NCBI GenBank assembly: GCA_013202845.1
Contig: JABMPT010000005.1
Span: forward strand, 71,308-135,307
Direction of reading: 5' to 3'
Origin: Candidatus Woesearchaeota archaeon
Lineage (GTDB): Archaea > Nanobdellota > Nanobdellia > Woesearchaeales > GCA-2686295
DNA: 64,000 nucleotides
Shown here piece by piece: positions 56,554-64,000 of the stretch; within the stretch, counting starts at the first letter, position 1, and every line of letters begins with the position of its first letter. The notes beneath the pieces are model-generated. The model saw nothing but the letters and a program-made list of their open reading frames with translations, did not search any database and had not been told where the DNA came from. The position numbers and the translations under genes were made by a program.

Positions 56554-56584
56554 ATAAAAAACAGATTATTAAAAAGTTTCTGAA

Positions 56585-56878
56585 TTAATCCTCTTCAGGA
56601 TTGTATGAAGGCACTGCTGATTTACTGATTATTATTATATCTCCAATACTCTTGACAAGCTGATGAGGAACAATAACTCCTTTCGCAGCCCCTAGAACCT
56701 TGTTTAGAAATGAACTCTTGGTAGCCTTAACTCTCCAACCAAACACTTTGTTGCTTGTCAGAATAGCCTCTTCAACATCACCAAAGTAATCTCCGCTGTC
56801 AGTGAACACTCTCATATCAAAAGTCTCTGTTATTTTTTTCATTTTAAGCATCATATCACCTTCCAAAAGTTGTAACAA
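56585..56878 (-). CDS. PRC-barrel domain protein.
   Basis: About 90 aa with FTDSGDYFGDVEEAIL...VFGWRV, a typical archaeal PRC-barrel pattern. Confidence 0.45.
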   Translation of the reverse strand: MLQLLEGDMMLKMKKITETFDMRVFTDSGDYFGDVEEAILTSNKVFGWRVKATKSSFLNKVLGAAKGVIVPHQLVKSIGDIIIISKSAVPSYNPEED

Positions 56879-56993
56879 TATTTAAAACTCAATAGTTTAT
56901 ATAACTTTCGTTTAGTGAATAACGAATTCAACGAAAAATATATATACTAATAAGGTGTAGTTTAGAAATATAAGTCAAGAGGTGAGAATTAAC

Positions 56994-57209
56994 ATGGTTT
57001 CGTCTGGATTAGAAACGGTCATCTTAGCAATAATTATCGGTACACTAGCTGCAATAGTTTACAGCCTAAGAGTTCTTGTTCTAATGGAAAGAAGAGTCGC
57101 AAGGATGGACTTAAACATCGAGAGAATGGCTAGAAAGATTGTAAAAGAAGAGTTTAAGATAGAAGCTGAAGAAAAGAAGATCGAAAGAGCTCTTAAAAGA
57201 AGGAAATAA
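56994..57209 (+). CDS. Small membrane-anchored coiled-coil protein.
   Basis: The ATG at 56994 is preceded by a GAGGTGA SD. One TM helix, then a charged helix (ERMARKIVKEEFKIEAEEKKIERALKRRK). Confidence 0.35.
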   Translation: MVSSGLETVILAIIIGTLAAIVYSLRVLVLMERRVARMDLNIERMARKIVKEEFKIEAEEKKIERALKRRK

Positions 57210-57214
57210 TTTTT

Positions 57215-57613
57215 TTATTTTATCTCTTCAAAAAGCAAACCTTTCTTCTTAGCTAATTCAAGACTTGCAACAAAAGAAGCGGGCGTTTCTTCTAGATCTT
57301 CAATACTTATGAAATAATAGCTTTCTCTGTCAAATTTTATTACAACCCAAGGTTCTGCACCGAATTTATTGGCAAAGTACTTCAGATCATTGACTTCTTG
57401 TTTTGTGAAATATTTCCTCGTATCCTTGGTTGCTTTCACTTCCAATGCTAATTTTCTTAGATTATTACCAACTATCAAATCAGGGCTTGGAAACTGTGTT
57501 GAACCAGAACCTGCAGCTCTTACAGCACCCCATCCTGCAGCCCAGAACTTATGCATCAATTCACGTTCTGCAGCACTGCCCTTACTTTTTCTTCTCCCGT
57601 GAGATATTCCCAT
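57215..57613 (-). CDS. hjc: Holliday-junction resolvase Hjc.
   Basis: KGSAAERELMHKFWAAGWGAVRAAGSG...PDLIVGN...LALEVKAT matches Hjc motifs (E, D, E-x-K nuclease core). Confidence 0.85.
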   Translation of the reverse strand: MGISHGRRKSKGSAAERELMHKFWAAGWGAVRAAGSGSTQFPSPDLIVGNNLRKLALEVKATKDTRKYFTKQEVNDLKYFANKFGAEPWVVIKFDRESYYFISIEDLEETPASFVASLELAKKKGLLFEEIK

Positions 57614-57702
57614 ATAAAGATTAATTAGATTGTAATATAAATAGTTTTTTAAAATAAATAATTATATAAACAATTCTAACTTTATAAAAAAAAGGTGATT
57701 TA

Positions 57703-57912
57703 ATGGCTACAAAAAGAATAATACCTTTAGCTGCTATGGAACGCTTAATGAAGAAATCGGGGGCTAACAGAGTATCAGAAGAGGCAAAAGCAGCTTTAAG
57801 AGATGTTTTAGAGGAGTTTGGAGAGGAAGTTTCTGAAGCAGCGATAAAGTTTGCAGTTCATGCAGGCAGAAAAACAGTGAAGGCAGAGGACATCAAACTA
57901 GCGACACGTTAA
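57703..57912 (+). CDS. Archaeal histone (HMfB-like histone fold).
   Basis: MATKRIIPLAAMERLMKKSGANRVSEEA...AIKFAVHAGRKTVKAEDIKLATR aligns closely to HMfA/HMfB. A GGTGA SD precedes the ATG. Confidence 0.9.
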   Translation: MATKRIIPLAAMERLMKKSGANRVSEEAKAALRDVLEEFGEEVSEAAIKFAVHAGRKTVKAEDIKLATR

Positions 57913-58811
57913 AACTTTACTTTTTTAAAATCATAAGCAGTCTCAGAATTAGCAAAATATGTTTTGATATCTTCTTCTATCTCATTACCAGACTTATATC
58001 TCTGAGAAAAATGAGTTACTATAAGCTTCTTTACATTTGCTTTGTTTGCAATCAAACCAGCATCCTGTGTTGTAAGATGCTTGTACTTGTCTGCATTCTC
58101 TCTTAGCTTTGGAAGATAAACAGCTTCTGTGACAAGCAAATCAGCGTTCTCAGCTATTTCATAGCAGTTCTCTGTAGGTATTGTATCAAATATGAAAGTT
58201 AATTTTCTGCCTTTTTTAATAGTTGAAATATCATCAGGGAATATCTTCTTTCCATTCACAACAACAGATTTTTCATTCTGTAATTTCCCAAGTGAAGGAC
58301 CCTCTTTTAATCCTAACTTTTTTGCTTTTGCAATATTTATCTTCCTTTTGTCTTTTTCAACAAAAGAATAAGCAACACAAGGAGTTGAATGCTCCATCGG
58401 AGCACATTGCAAATAGAAGTCATCTTTCTCCTTAAAAGTCTCTACTTTTTTAGGATTTAATTCAAAAATGTTCAGATTAAGATTTGAACCGTCAAAAACA
58501 ACTGAGTCAAGCAAATGCCGGACTCTTTTCTTTGTTCCCTTAGGACCATAAATCTCTATCTTTGGAGGGTTGTCCTTGTCAGAGATTGTTTGCAACAAAC
58601 CTATTATGCCTCCAACATGGTCTCCGTGCCAATGGGTTACTAAAATAGTGTTGACTTTATTTCTGTTAATTCCTGCAAGATTCATTTGTCTCTGTGTTCC
58701 TTCTCCACAATCAATCAATATGCCTTCGGCTTTGTAAGACATGTAAATTCCTTGGACATTTCTCTCCTTTGTAGGAACCATACAAGAGGTTCCTAAAAAT
58801 GTTAGTTGCAT
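57909..58811 (-). CDS. rnz: Ribonuclease Z (tRNA 3'-processing, short form, metallo-beta-lactamase fold).
   Basis: LGTSCMVPTKERNVQGI...IDCGEGTQRQM...THWHGDHVGG. Confidence 0.85.
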   Translation of the reverse strand: MQLTFLGTSCMVPTKERNVQGIYMSYKAEGILIDCGEGTQRQMNLAGINRNKVNTILVTHWHGDHVGGIIGLLQTISDKDNPPKIEIYGPKGTKKRVRHLLDSVVFDGSNLNLNIFELNPKKVETFKEKDDFYLQCAPMEHSTPCVAYSFVEKDKRKINIAKAKKLGLKEGPSLGKLQNEKSVVVNGKKIFPDDISTIKKGRKLTFIFDTIPTENCYEIAENADLLVTEAVYLPKLRENADKYKHLTTQDAGLIANKANVKKLIVTHFSQRYKSGNEIEEDIKTYFANSETAYDFKKVKF

Positions 58812-58845
58812 AGCTTTTTGTAGAGCAGAAGCATTTATAACGCTT

Positions 58846-59490
58846 TTGCAAAACTATATAAACCAAGGAATTTTAATTCCAAAAATGCCAAAAAAGAAGG
58901 AAACTAAGAAAAAAACAGTGAAAAAAACTGTAAAAAAAGAAACAACTAAATCAAAAATCAAGAAAGAACCTTTGAAAGCTTTGTTTGCTCATGAAAGAGT
59001 TATTATTGAAAGTAGTGAAGAGGCTCAAACAGTTTACAATAATGGAATCTATGGAACTTTGCTAGAGGATAAAAAATTACAATTATCATTGCAAGAAGCT
59101 CTTTTTTTAATGGAGAAACAAAAAATATCAATATTTGATAGCAGAAATAAAACATTCACATTTGAAAGATTCGTCAAAAGAGCCACTAATATTGAACCAA
59201 CTTTCTGGATAAGATACGGCGTTTATAAAGATATGAGATCACGTGGTTACATTGTTAAAACCGCTCTAAAGTTCGGGGCAGATTTCAGAGTGTATGACCG
59301 CGGAATAAAACCTGGAGAGGATCATGCTAGATGGGTTGTTTATCCAGTACATGAAGGCTCAACACTAACATGGTATGATTTTGCAGCTAAGAACAGAGTA
59401 GCCCACTCAACAAAGAAGAGACTTATGATGGGAGTAGTAGATGATGAAGGAGACGTAACTTACTGGGAAATAAAGTGGTTGAGACCTTAA
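58846..59490 (+). CDS. endA: tRNA-splicing endonuclease EndA with a Lys-rich N-terminal tail.
   Basis: C-terminal catalytic domain YIVKTALKFGADFRVYDRG...HARWVVYP (Tyr/His/Lys triad region). Confidence 0.75.
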   Translation: MQNYINQGILIPKMPKKKETKKKTVKKTVKKETTKSKIKKEPLKALFAHERVIIESSEEAQTVYNNGIYGTLLEDKKLQLSLQEALFLMEKQKISIFDSRNKTFTFERFVKRATNIEPTFWIRYGVYKDMRSRGYIVKTALKFGADFRVYDRGIKPGEDHARWVVYPVHEGSTLTWYDFAAKNRVAHSTKKRLMMGVVDDEGDVTYWEIKWLRP

Positions 59491-59525
59491 ACGAAAGTTT
59501 TTAAAACTGTTTCTGCTTAAGAAAT

Positions 59526-60413
59526 TTGATGGTTAACAAGGAAGAAATTCTGAGACTTGTAAAAATAAAAGGACCAATAATTCCTAATCAAATAAAGAAA
59601 GAATTAGGTGGTGAAACATTTCTAATCAGTGCTGTTTTGTCAGAATTATCATTAGATGGAAAGATAAAGATTTCTAATACAAAGATTGGCAGCTCACCAA
59701 CATATTATGCAAAAGAACAGGAATTCAAACTTCAAGAATTGAAGAAGTACTTGAATGAAAAAGATAGAAGGACATTTGATCTATTAAGACAAAAAAGAGT
59801 TCTGCGAGACAAGAATCAAGATATGTTAGTCAGAGTAAGCTTAAGAAATATCAAAGACTTTGCCAAACCAGTACAAGTAAATGTTCATGGTGAAAAAGAA
59901 GTTTTTTGGCGATGGTACTTAACACCAATGGATGAAGCCGAAGCAGTTATAAAATCACAGTTTAGCAAAACAGAGAAGAAGAAAGAAGTCCCTGTCAAAG
60001 AGAAAAAGGTTGAAGAGATAAAGCCAGTCAGAGAAGAAATTAGGAAAGAAAAAAAAGAAGTTATAGAAGAACAAAAAATCTTGAAAACAAGTGAGGGTTC
60101 TAAAGAAGGATTCCTAAAACAGCTATATGATTATTTTGATGAGAAAAAAATTGATGTCATTGAAGAAAAAATTGTAAGAAAAAATTCAGATATTGAATTC
60201 CAACTCTCAATCCCTAGTTCTGTTGGAAAGATGGAGTATTTCTGCAAGGCAAAGAACAAAAAGAAATGTAATGACGGAGATTTAAGTTCTGCGTATCTCA
60301 AAGGACAATCACTGAAACTTCCAATTATCTTCATAATCACAGGAGAAATTACAAAGAAGGCTCGGGAGATGCTTGGAAAAGAATTCAAAGGATTAGTGCT
60401 TAAGAAAATCTAA
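59526..60413 (+). CDS. Winged-helix protein, possibly TFE-alpha-like (no zinc ribbon), with a Lys/Glu-rich linker and a C-terminal domain of unknown function.
   Basis: N-terminal MVNKEEILRLVK...VFWRWYLTPMD is reminiscent of the TFE wH domain (MVN..., GW.IYYW). No Cys4 ribbon is present. Weak assignment. Confidence 0.3.
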   Translation: MMVNKEEILRLVKIKGPIIPNQIKKELGGETFLISAVLSELSLDGKIKISNTKIGSSPTYYAKEQEFKLQELKKYLNEKDRRTFDLLRQKRVLRDKNQDMLVRVSLRNIKDFAKPVQVNVHGEKEVFWRWYLTPMDEAEAVIKSQFSKTEKKKEVPVKEKKVEEIKPVREEIRKEKKEVIEEQKILKTSEGSKEGFLKQLYDYFDEKKIDVIEEKIVRKNSDIEFQLSIPSSVGKMEYFCKAKNKKKCNDGDLSSAYLKGQSLKLPIIFIITGEITKKAREMLGKEFKGLVLKKI

Positions 60414-60414
60414 A

Positions 60415-61455
60415 ATGGGAACACCAATAACCGATATTCTAGAAACAAAAGAAATAATGATTGAGGATTTGAAAGGAAAAATCCTGGCTGTTGATTCCTA
60501 CAACATGCTCTACCAGTTTCTTTCAAGCATAAGACAATCAGATGGTACACCTTTGATGGATTCGAAAGGAAGAGTCACAAGCCATTTAACAGGATTGTTT
60601 AGCAGAATAACTAAGTTAATGATTGAAGGGCTAATATTTGCATTTGTTTTTGATGGAGAGGTTCCTGAACTGAAAAAGGCAGAAAGGGAAAGGAGAAAAA
60701 AAATCAAGTTGAAAGCTAAAAGTCTTTATGAAGAAGCCAAACAAAAAGAGAACTTAGAGGATATGAAAAAATATGCTTCCAGAACTTCAAGGCTTACTGA
60801 CGAGATGATCAAAGAGGCAAAAGAACTCATTAAAGCTCTTGGAATGCCTATATTGGATGCTCCAAGTGAAGGAGAAGCACAAGCAGCTTTCCTTGCTGAA
60901 AACGGTGACTGCTACGCAATTGTCAGCCAGGATACAGATTCACTGATATTTGGCGCTCCTTTGGTTGTGAAAAACCTTACTGTTAGCGGCAGAAGAAAAG
61001 CACTCAATAAATTGACTTACAAAACCATTAATCCTGAGTTAATCTCACTTGCTGAAAACTTAAATCATCTTGGAGTTAATCAGGAACAACTAATAGTAAT
61101 AGCCATGCTTGCAGGAACTGACTTTAACATTGGCGGTGTGAAAGGAATCGGTCCTAAGAAAGCCTTGAATCTTGTTATAACTTATGGAAATGATTATGAT
61201 AAATTGTTTGAAGAAGCTGGTTGGAAAGATAATTTTGATTTTGAATGGCAAGAAGTTTTCTATTTGATAAAGAATATGCCTGTAAAGAAAGATTACAAAC
61301 TGGAATGGGATTCTGTTGACAAAGAAGCTGTTGTAAAGCTGCTTGTTGAAGAGCATGATTTCAGCAAGGAAAGAGTTGAGAAGACTCTTGACAAATTGAC
61401 AAAGGGAAAACCTGACAAACAACAAAAAGGATTAAGTGAGTTTTTTAAGAGGTGA
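60415..61455 (+). CDS. fen: Flap endonuclease FEN-1.
   Basis: MGTPITDIL...LAVDSYNMLYQFL...DGTPLMDSKGRVTSHL...FVFDG. C-terminal PIP-box-like QKGLSEFF. Confidence 0.9.
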   Translation: MGTPITDILETKEIMIEDLKGKILAVDSYNMLYQFLSSIRQSDGTPLMDSKGRVTSHLTGLFSRITKLMIEGLIFAFVFDGEVPELKKAERERRKKIKLKAKSLYEEAKQKENLEDMKKYASRTSRLTDEMIKEAKELIKALGMPILDAPSEGEAQAAFLAENGDCYAIVSQDTDSLIFGAPLVVKNLTVSGRRKALNKLTYKTINPELISLAENLNHLGVNQEQLIVIAMLAGTDFNIGGVKGIGPKKALNLVITYGNDYDKLFEEAGWKDNFDFEWQEVFYLIKNMPVKKDYKLEWDSVDKEAVVKLLVEEHDFSKERVEKTLDKLTKGKPDKQQKGLSEFFKR

Positions 61456-61460
61456 GATGA

Positions 61461-62333
61461 ATGGATTGGTATATCTATATTTTGCTATCGGCTGTGTTTA
61501 TAGCATTTCTAAATATGGTAAACAAGAAGATTCTCATCCATGAGCATGCCATGGAATTTCTTTCTTCAAGAGCCCCTCTTGTCATAATAATATCTTTATT
61601 TCTACTTCCTTTTGTTAATTTCAATATTCCTTTGAAAGTTTATGTTTTGATTTATACTATGTCTGTGTTGGTTAGTGCAGGAGCTATTTACTTAAATAAA
61701 GGATTAAGGCACGGAGAGATATCAACAATAAGCCCTCTAACAAATATTAGTCCTGTATTTTTGTTAATTATCGCGTATTTCATACTTGGAGAGAGCCCTG
61801 AAGCAAAGCAGTATTTTGGAGTGTTTCTCCTGATACTTGGTGCTTACTCTCTTGAGGTCGGCATAACAAATAAAGGTCTTTTAGAGCCAATAAAAATATT
61901 TTTGAAATCCAAGATAATCCACTACGTTATTTTTTCAATGGTTGTTTTCAGCATCACTGCAACTTTTGATAAATTCATAATAACCAATTACACCAATTTT
62001 CAAACACATTTCTTTTTGTTGATGATATTTACATCAATCAATTATATGCTAGTTGACAGTTATAGATTCGGATATCGAGAGATAATAATAGGATTGAAAA
62101 AAGACTTCAAATTTCATTTAGGAAGCTCTATCTTTTTGTTTCTAGGTAATTTCTTCTATTTCTCTGCAGTCTCATTCCCAAGTGCACCTATCTCATTATT
62201 AATTCCTTTAAAGAGAACTTCAACCCTTTTCACAACAATATTCGGTGGAAAACTTTTTCACGAAGAAAATCTTTTGGTCAAGGTTTTGGCTTGCATCATC
62301 ATGATTTGGGGGGCGGTGTTTATTTTACTATAA
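61461..62333 (+). CDS. EamA/DMT-superfamily transporter.
   Basis: 10 TM helices in 5+5 duplication; 290 aa. Confidence 0.65.
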   Translation: MDWYIYILLSAVFIAFLNMVNKKILIHEHAMEFLSSRAPLVIIISLFLLPFVNFNIPLKVYVLIYTMSVLVSAGAIYLNKGLRHGEISTISPLTNISPVFLLIIAYFILGESPEAKQYFGVFLLILGAYSLEVGITNKGLLEPIKIFLKSKIIHYVIFSMVVFSITATFDKFIITNYTNFQTHFFLLMIFTSINYMLVDSYRFGYREIIIGLKKDFKFHLGSSIFLFLGNFFYFSAVSFPSAPISLLIPLKRTSTLFTTIFGGKLFHEENLLVKVLACIIMIWGAVFILL

Positions 62334-62365
62334 AAATTTAAAAAACCTCATCCTTTCTTAGTAAA

Positions 62366-63385
62366 ATGATTGGAGCAAAAGTTTCATTGAAAAAAGCAGA
62401 AGAAGTAAAGAAGTTCATAATAAATAAAGGTTTGCTGCTGAATGATTATTGGATGGTAAGATTAAAGAACGGAGTGATATTTCCTGTTAAAAAGAAATTT
62501 GAGAAAACAAATGTCGAATTTGTCAGCAGGGTTTTCAAGAAGATTGAGAAAAGACAGAACTGGAAACAGATTCTTAAAAAAAAACTTTCTAAAAAAGAGT
62601 TTGATATCTTAAAGACTGCTCATGACGTTGTTGGCAGCATAGCAATTCTTGAGATTCCAGATGAGTTAAAGAAAAAAGAGAAGCTTATCGCAGAGACATT
62701 GCTTAAAGCGAATAAGAATGTTAAAACTGTGTTGAAGAAAGCAGGTGAACACTCTGGTACTTTCAGAACTCAAAAGATGAAATGGTTGGCCGGTGAGAAA
62801 ACAAAAGAAACAATTCATAAAGAGAATAATGTCAGGTTGAAAGTCAATGTGAAAGAGATTTATTTCAGCGCCCGTTTAAGCACTGAGAGAAAAAGAATAA
62901 TGAAACAGATTAGAAGAGGAGTGAAAATACTCGTTATGTTTTCTGGTTGCGCTCCTTACCCTTGTGTGTTCTCAAAGAACACAGACGCTTACAAGATTGT
63001 TGGTATTGAAATTAATCCAAAAGCTCACAGGTATGCAGAAGAGAATGTTAGAATCAACAAATTGAACAATGTAGAGCTAATTCTTGGAGATGTTAAAAAA
63101 GTAGTTCCTAATCTAAAAGAAAGATTTGACAGAATCTGCATGCCTCTGCCAAGAGGCGGAGAAAACTTCTTAAAAGAAGCATTGATGGTCTCAAAGAAAA
63201 ATACAGTTATTCATTTCTATGATTTCCTACATAAAACAGAGTTTGACAAAGCAGAAGAGAAAGTAAAGAAAGCATGTGATAAAACAAATATAAAATGCAA
63301 ATTTCTTGATTTTGTGAAATGCGGACAATATTCACCAGGAAAATATAGAATTTGTTTGGATTTTAGAGTAATTGCCGGTATCTAA
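62366..63385 (+). CDS. tRNA (m1G37) methyltransferase Trm5 / Taw2-family (Met-10+ like).
   Basis: VMFSGCAPYPCVF (D/V-M-F-A-G-x-G-P-F-like motif I) and the NPKA region (VGIEINPKA). Confidence 0.65.
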   Translation: MIGAKVSLKKAEEVKKFIINKGLLLNDYWMVRLKNGVIFPVKKKFEKTNVEFVSRVFKKIEKRQNWKQILKKKLSKKEFDILKTAHDVVGSIAILEIPDELKKKEKLIAETLLKANKNVKTVLKKAGEHSGTFRTQKMKWLAGEKTKETIHKENNVRLKVNVKEIYFSARLSTERKRIMKQIRRGVKILVMFSGCAPYPCVFSKNTDAYKIVGIEINPKAHRYAEENVRINKLNNVELILGDVKKVVPNLKERFDRICMPLPRGGENFLKEALMVSKKNTVIHFYDFLHKTEFDKAEEKVKKACDKTNIKCKFLDFVKCGQYSPGKYRICLDFRVIAGI

Positions 63386-63483
63386 ACATTTATATAAAAA
63401 CTAATATTATCCACGTCTATGAAAGCAACAAAGAGTGATTGTATTCCTTGTTAATCAATTTAAATTAGATAGTTCTCTAAAGG

Positions 63484-63681
63484 GTGGTTGTTTTCCTTGT
63501 TCTTCAAACCATTATCAAAAATGAGCGAATTAGTCAAAGAGAACTTATAAAAAAAACAAATCTTTCTGAGAGAACTATAAGAAACCATCTCAAATTTCTA
63601 CTTTATGAAAGAATGATTCTAGCTAGAGAAGATATTTCTGATTTAAGATATAAATTCTATGAGTTGAGGTGTGGAAAGTGA
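63484..63681 (+). CDS. Small winged-HTH transcriptional regulator (Lrp/AsnC-N or MarR-like HTH). Start uncertain (GTG).
   Basis: ERISQRELIKKTNLSERTIRNHLKFLLYERMI is a classic HTH. There is no in-frame ATG near the start. Confidence 0.3.
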   Translation: MVVFLVLQTIIKNERISQRELIKKTNLSERTIRNHLKFLLYERMILAREDISDLRYKFYELRCGK

Positions 63682-64000
63682 CAGAGCAATACAGAGTTGG
63701 AGTAATTGGAGCAGGAAACATGGGATCCGCAATTATAAATTCAATTAGCCAAAATGAGAACTATTCAATAATCGCTAGCAGAAGAACAGAGCAGGCATTG
63801 AAAGAAATAAAAAACCAATATGAAGTAGAAGTGACCACTGATAATAACGAAGTAGTATCTCAATCAGATGTCATTATTCTTGGAGTTAAACCTAACAATC
63901 TTGATGAAGTTCTAAAAGGAACAAGAGAATTCCATAACAGTCAGCTTTGGATTTCAATAGCTGCTGGAAAAACCATACAATCAATTGAAGAAGTACTTGG
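63678..64000 (+). CDS. proC: Pyrroline-5-carboxylate reductase ProC (N-terminal part; continues past the window end).
   Basis: VGVIGAGNMGSAIINSI Rossmann motif typical of ProC. GTG start overlapping the stop of the previous ORF. Confidence 0.65.
   Translation, partial: MTEQYRVGVIGAGNMGSAIINSISQNENYSIIASRRTEQALKEIKNQYEVEVTTDNNEVVSQSDVIILGVKPNNLDEVLKGTREFHNSQLWISIAAGKTIQSIEEVL

Noticed and set aside
56994-57209. Small TM plus coiled-coil protein and adjacent PRC-barrel gene as a possible toxin-antitoxin or novel pair.
   Set aside because: The genes are convergent rather than co-transcribed and carry no recognisable toxin or antitoxin motifs. They were kept as low-confidence features only.
1-64000. 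Looked for CRISPR arrays, direct/inverted repeat families, transposases and integrases.
   Set aside because: No regularly spaced repeats were seen by eye in intergenic regions. No ORF resembles a transposase, integrase or Cas protein. The island looks vertically maintained rather than recently mobile, although glycosylation islands are often variable.

Overview
This window reads as a low-GC (~30%) archaeal chromosome segment with very short intergenic spacers. Archaeal identity is supported by an HMfB-type histone, Hjc resolvase, EndA tRNA-splicing endonuclease, FEN-1, aMBF1, RNase Z, a class II (AdoCbl) ribonucleotide reductase, and TATA/BRE-like promoter boxes with GGTGA Shine-Dalgarno sites. 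About 42 kb (1..41.8 kb) plus 50.7..56.6 kb is one large cell-surface glycosylation island. Its contents are listed below.

- **N-glycosylation core.** An AglB/STT3 oligosaccharyltransferase, three further GT-C-type polytopic membrane proteins, Dol-P-sugar synthases (GT2), several GT4/GT2 glycosyltransferases and a Wzx-like flippase.
- **Nonulosonic-acid operon (14.5..32.6 kb, all minus strand, about 18 kb co-directional).** It looks like a legionaminic/pseudaminic-acid pathway: a 4,6-dehydratase, a DegT aminotransferase, a NeuC-like hydrolysing 2-epimerase, and a cytidylyltransferase fused to a NeuB-like synthase. An acetamidino module (WbuX/AglX-like amidotransferase plus a fused HisF-HisH) sits beside it. 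A folate one-carbon trio (GlyA-FolD-5-formyl-THF cyclo-ligase) is wedged directly against a formyltransferase-fold enzyme, which points to an N-formylated sugar. The operon also carries two Gfo/Idh/MocA oxidoreductases, a SPASM radical-SAM enzyme, methyltransferases and a TagF/sialyltransferase-like HP-motif transferase.
- **Other sugar-modifying genes.** A divergent B12-binding radical-SAM enzyme, a NodU/CmcH carbamoyltransferase with a small membrane partner, and UDP-Glc dehydrogenase plus UDP-xylose synthase.
- **Phosphonate-tailoring genes at the left window edge.** A Fom1-like cytidylyltransferase-PEP-mutase fusion, an AbrB-like protein fused to a degenerate (HxGH-lost) cytidylyltransferase, and a LicD-family transferase.
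- **Second sugar locus (50.7..56.6 kb).** Two processive QxxRW GT2 synthases and two tandem GT-C paralogs.
- **Housekeeping.** A stand-alone 5S rRNA, a NOL1/NOP2/Sun m5C RNA methyltransferase, a PfkB kinase, an NFACT protein, a sugar nucleotidyltransferase, a PduO-type corrinoid adenosyltransferase next to the class II RNR, a THUMP methyltransferase, Trm5, an EamA transporter and the start of ProC.

No CRISPR arrays, transposases or integrases were seen.
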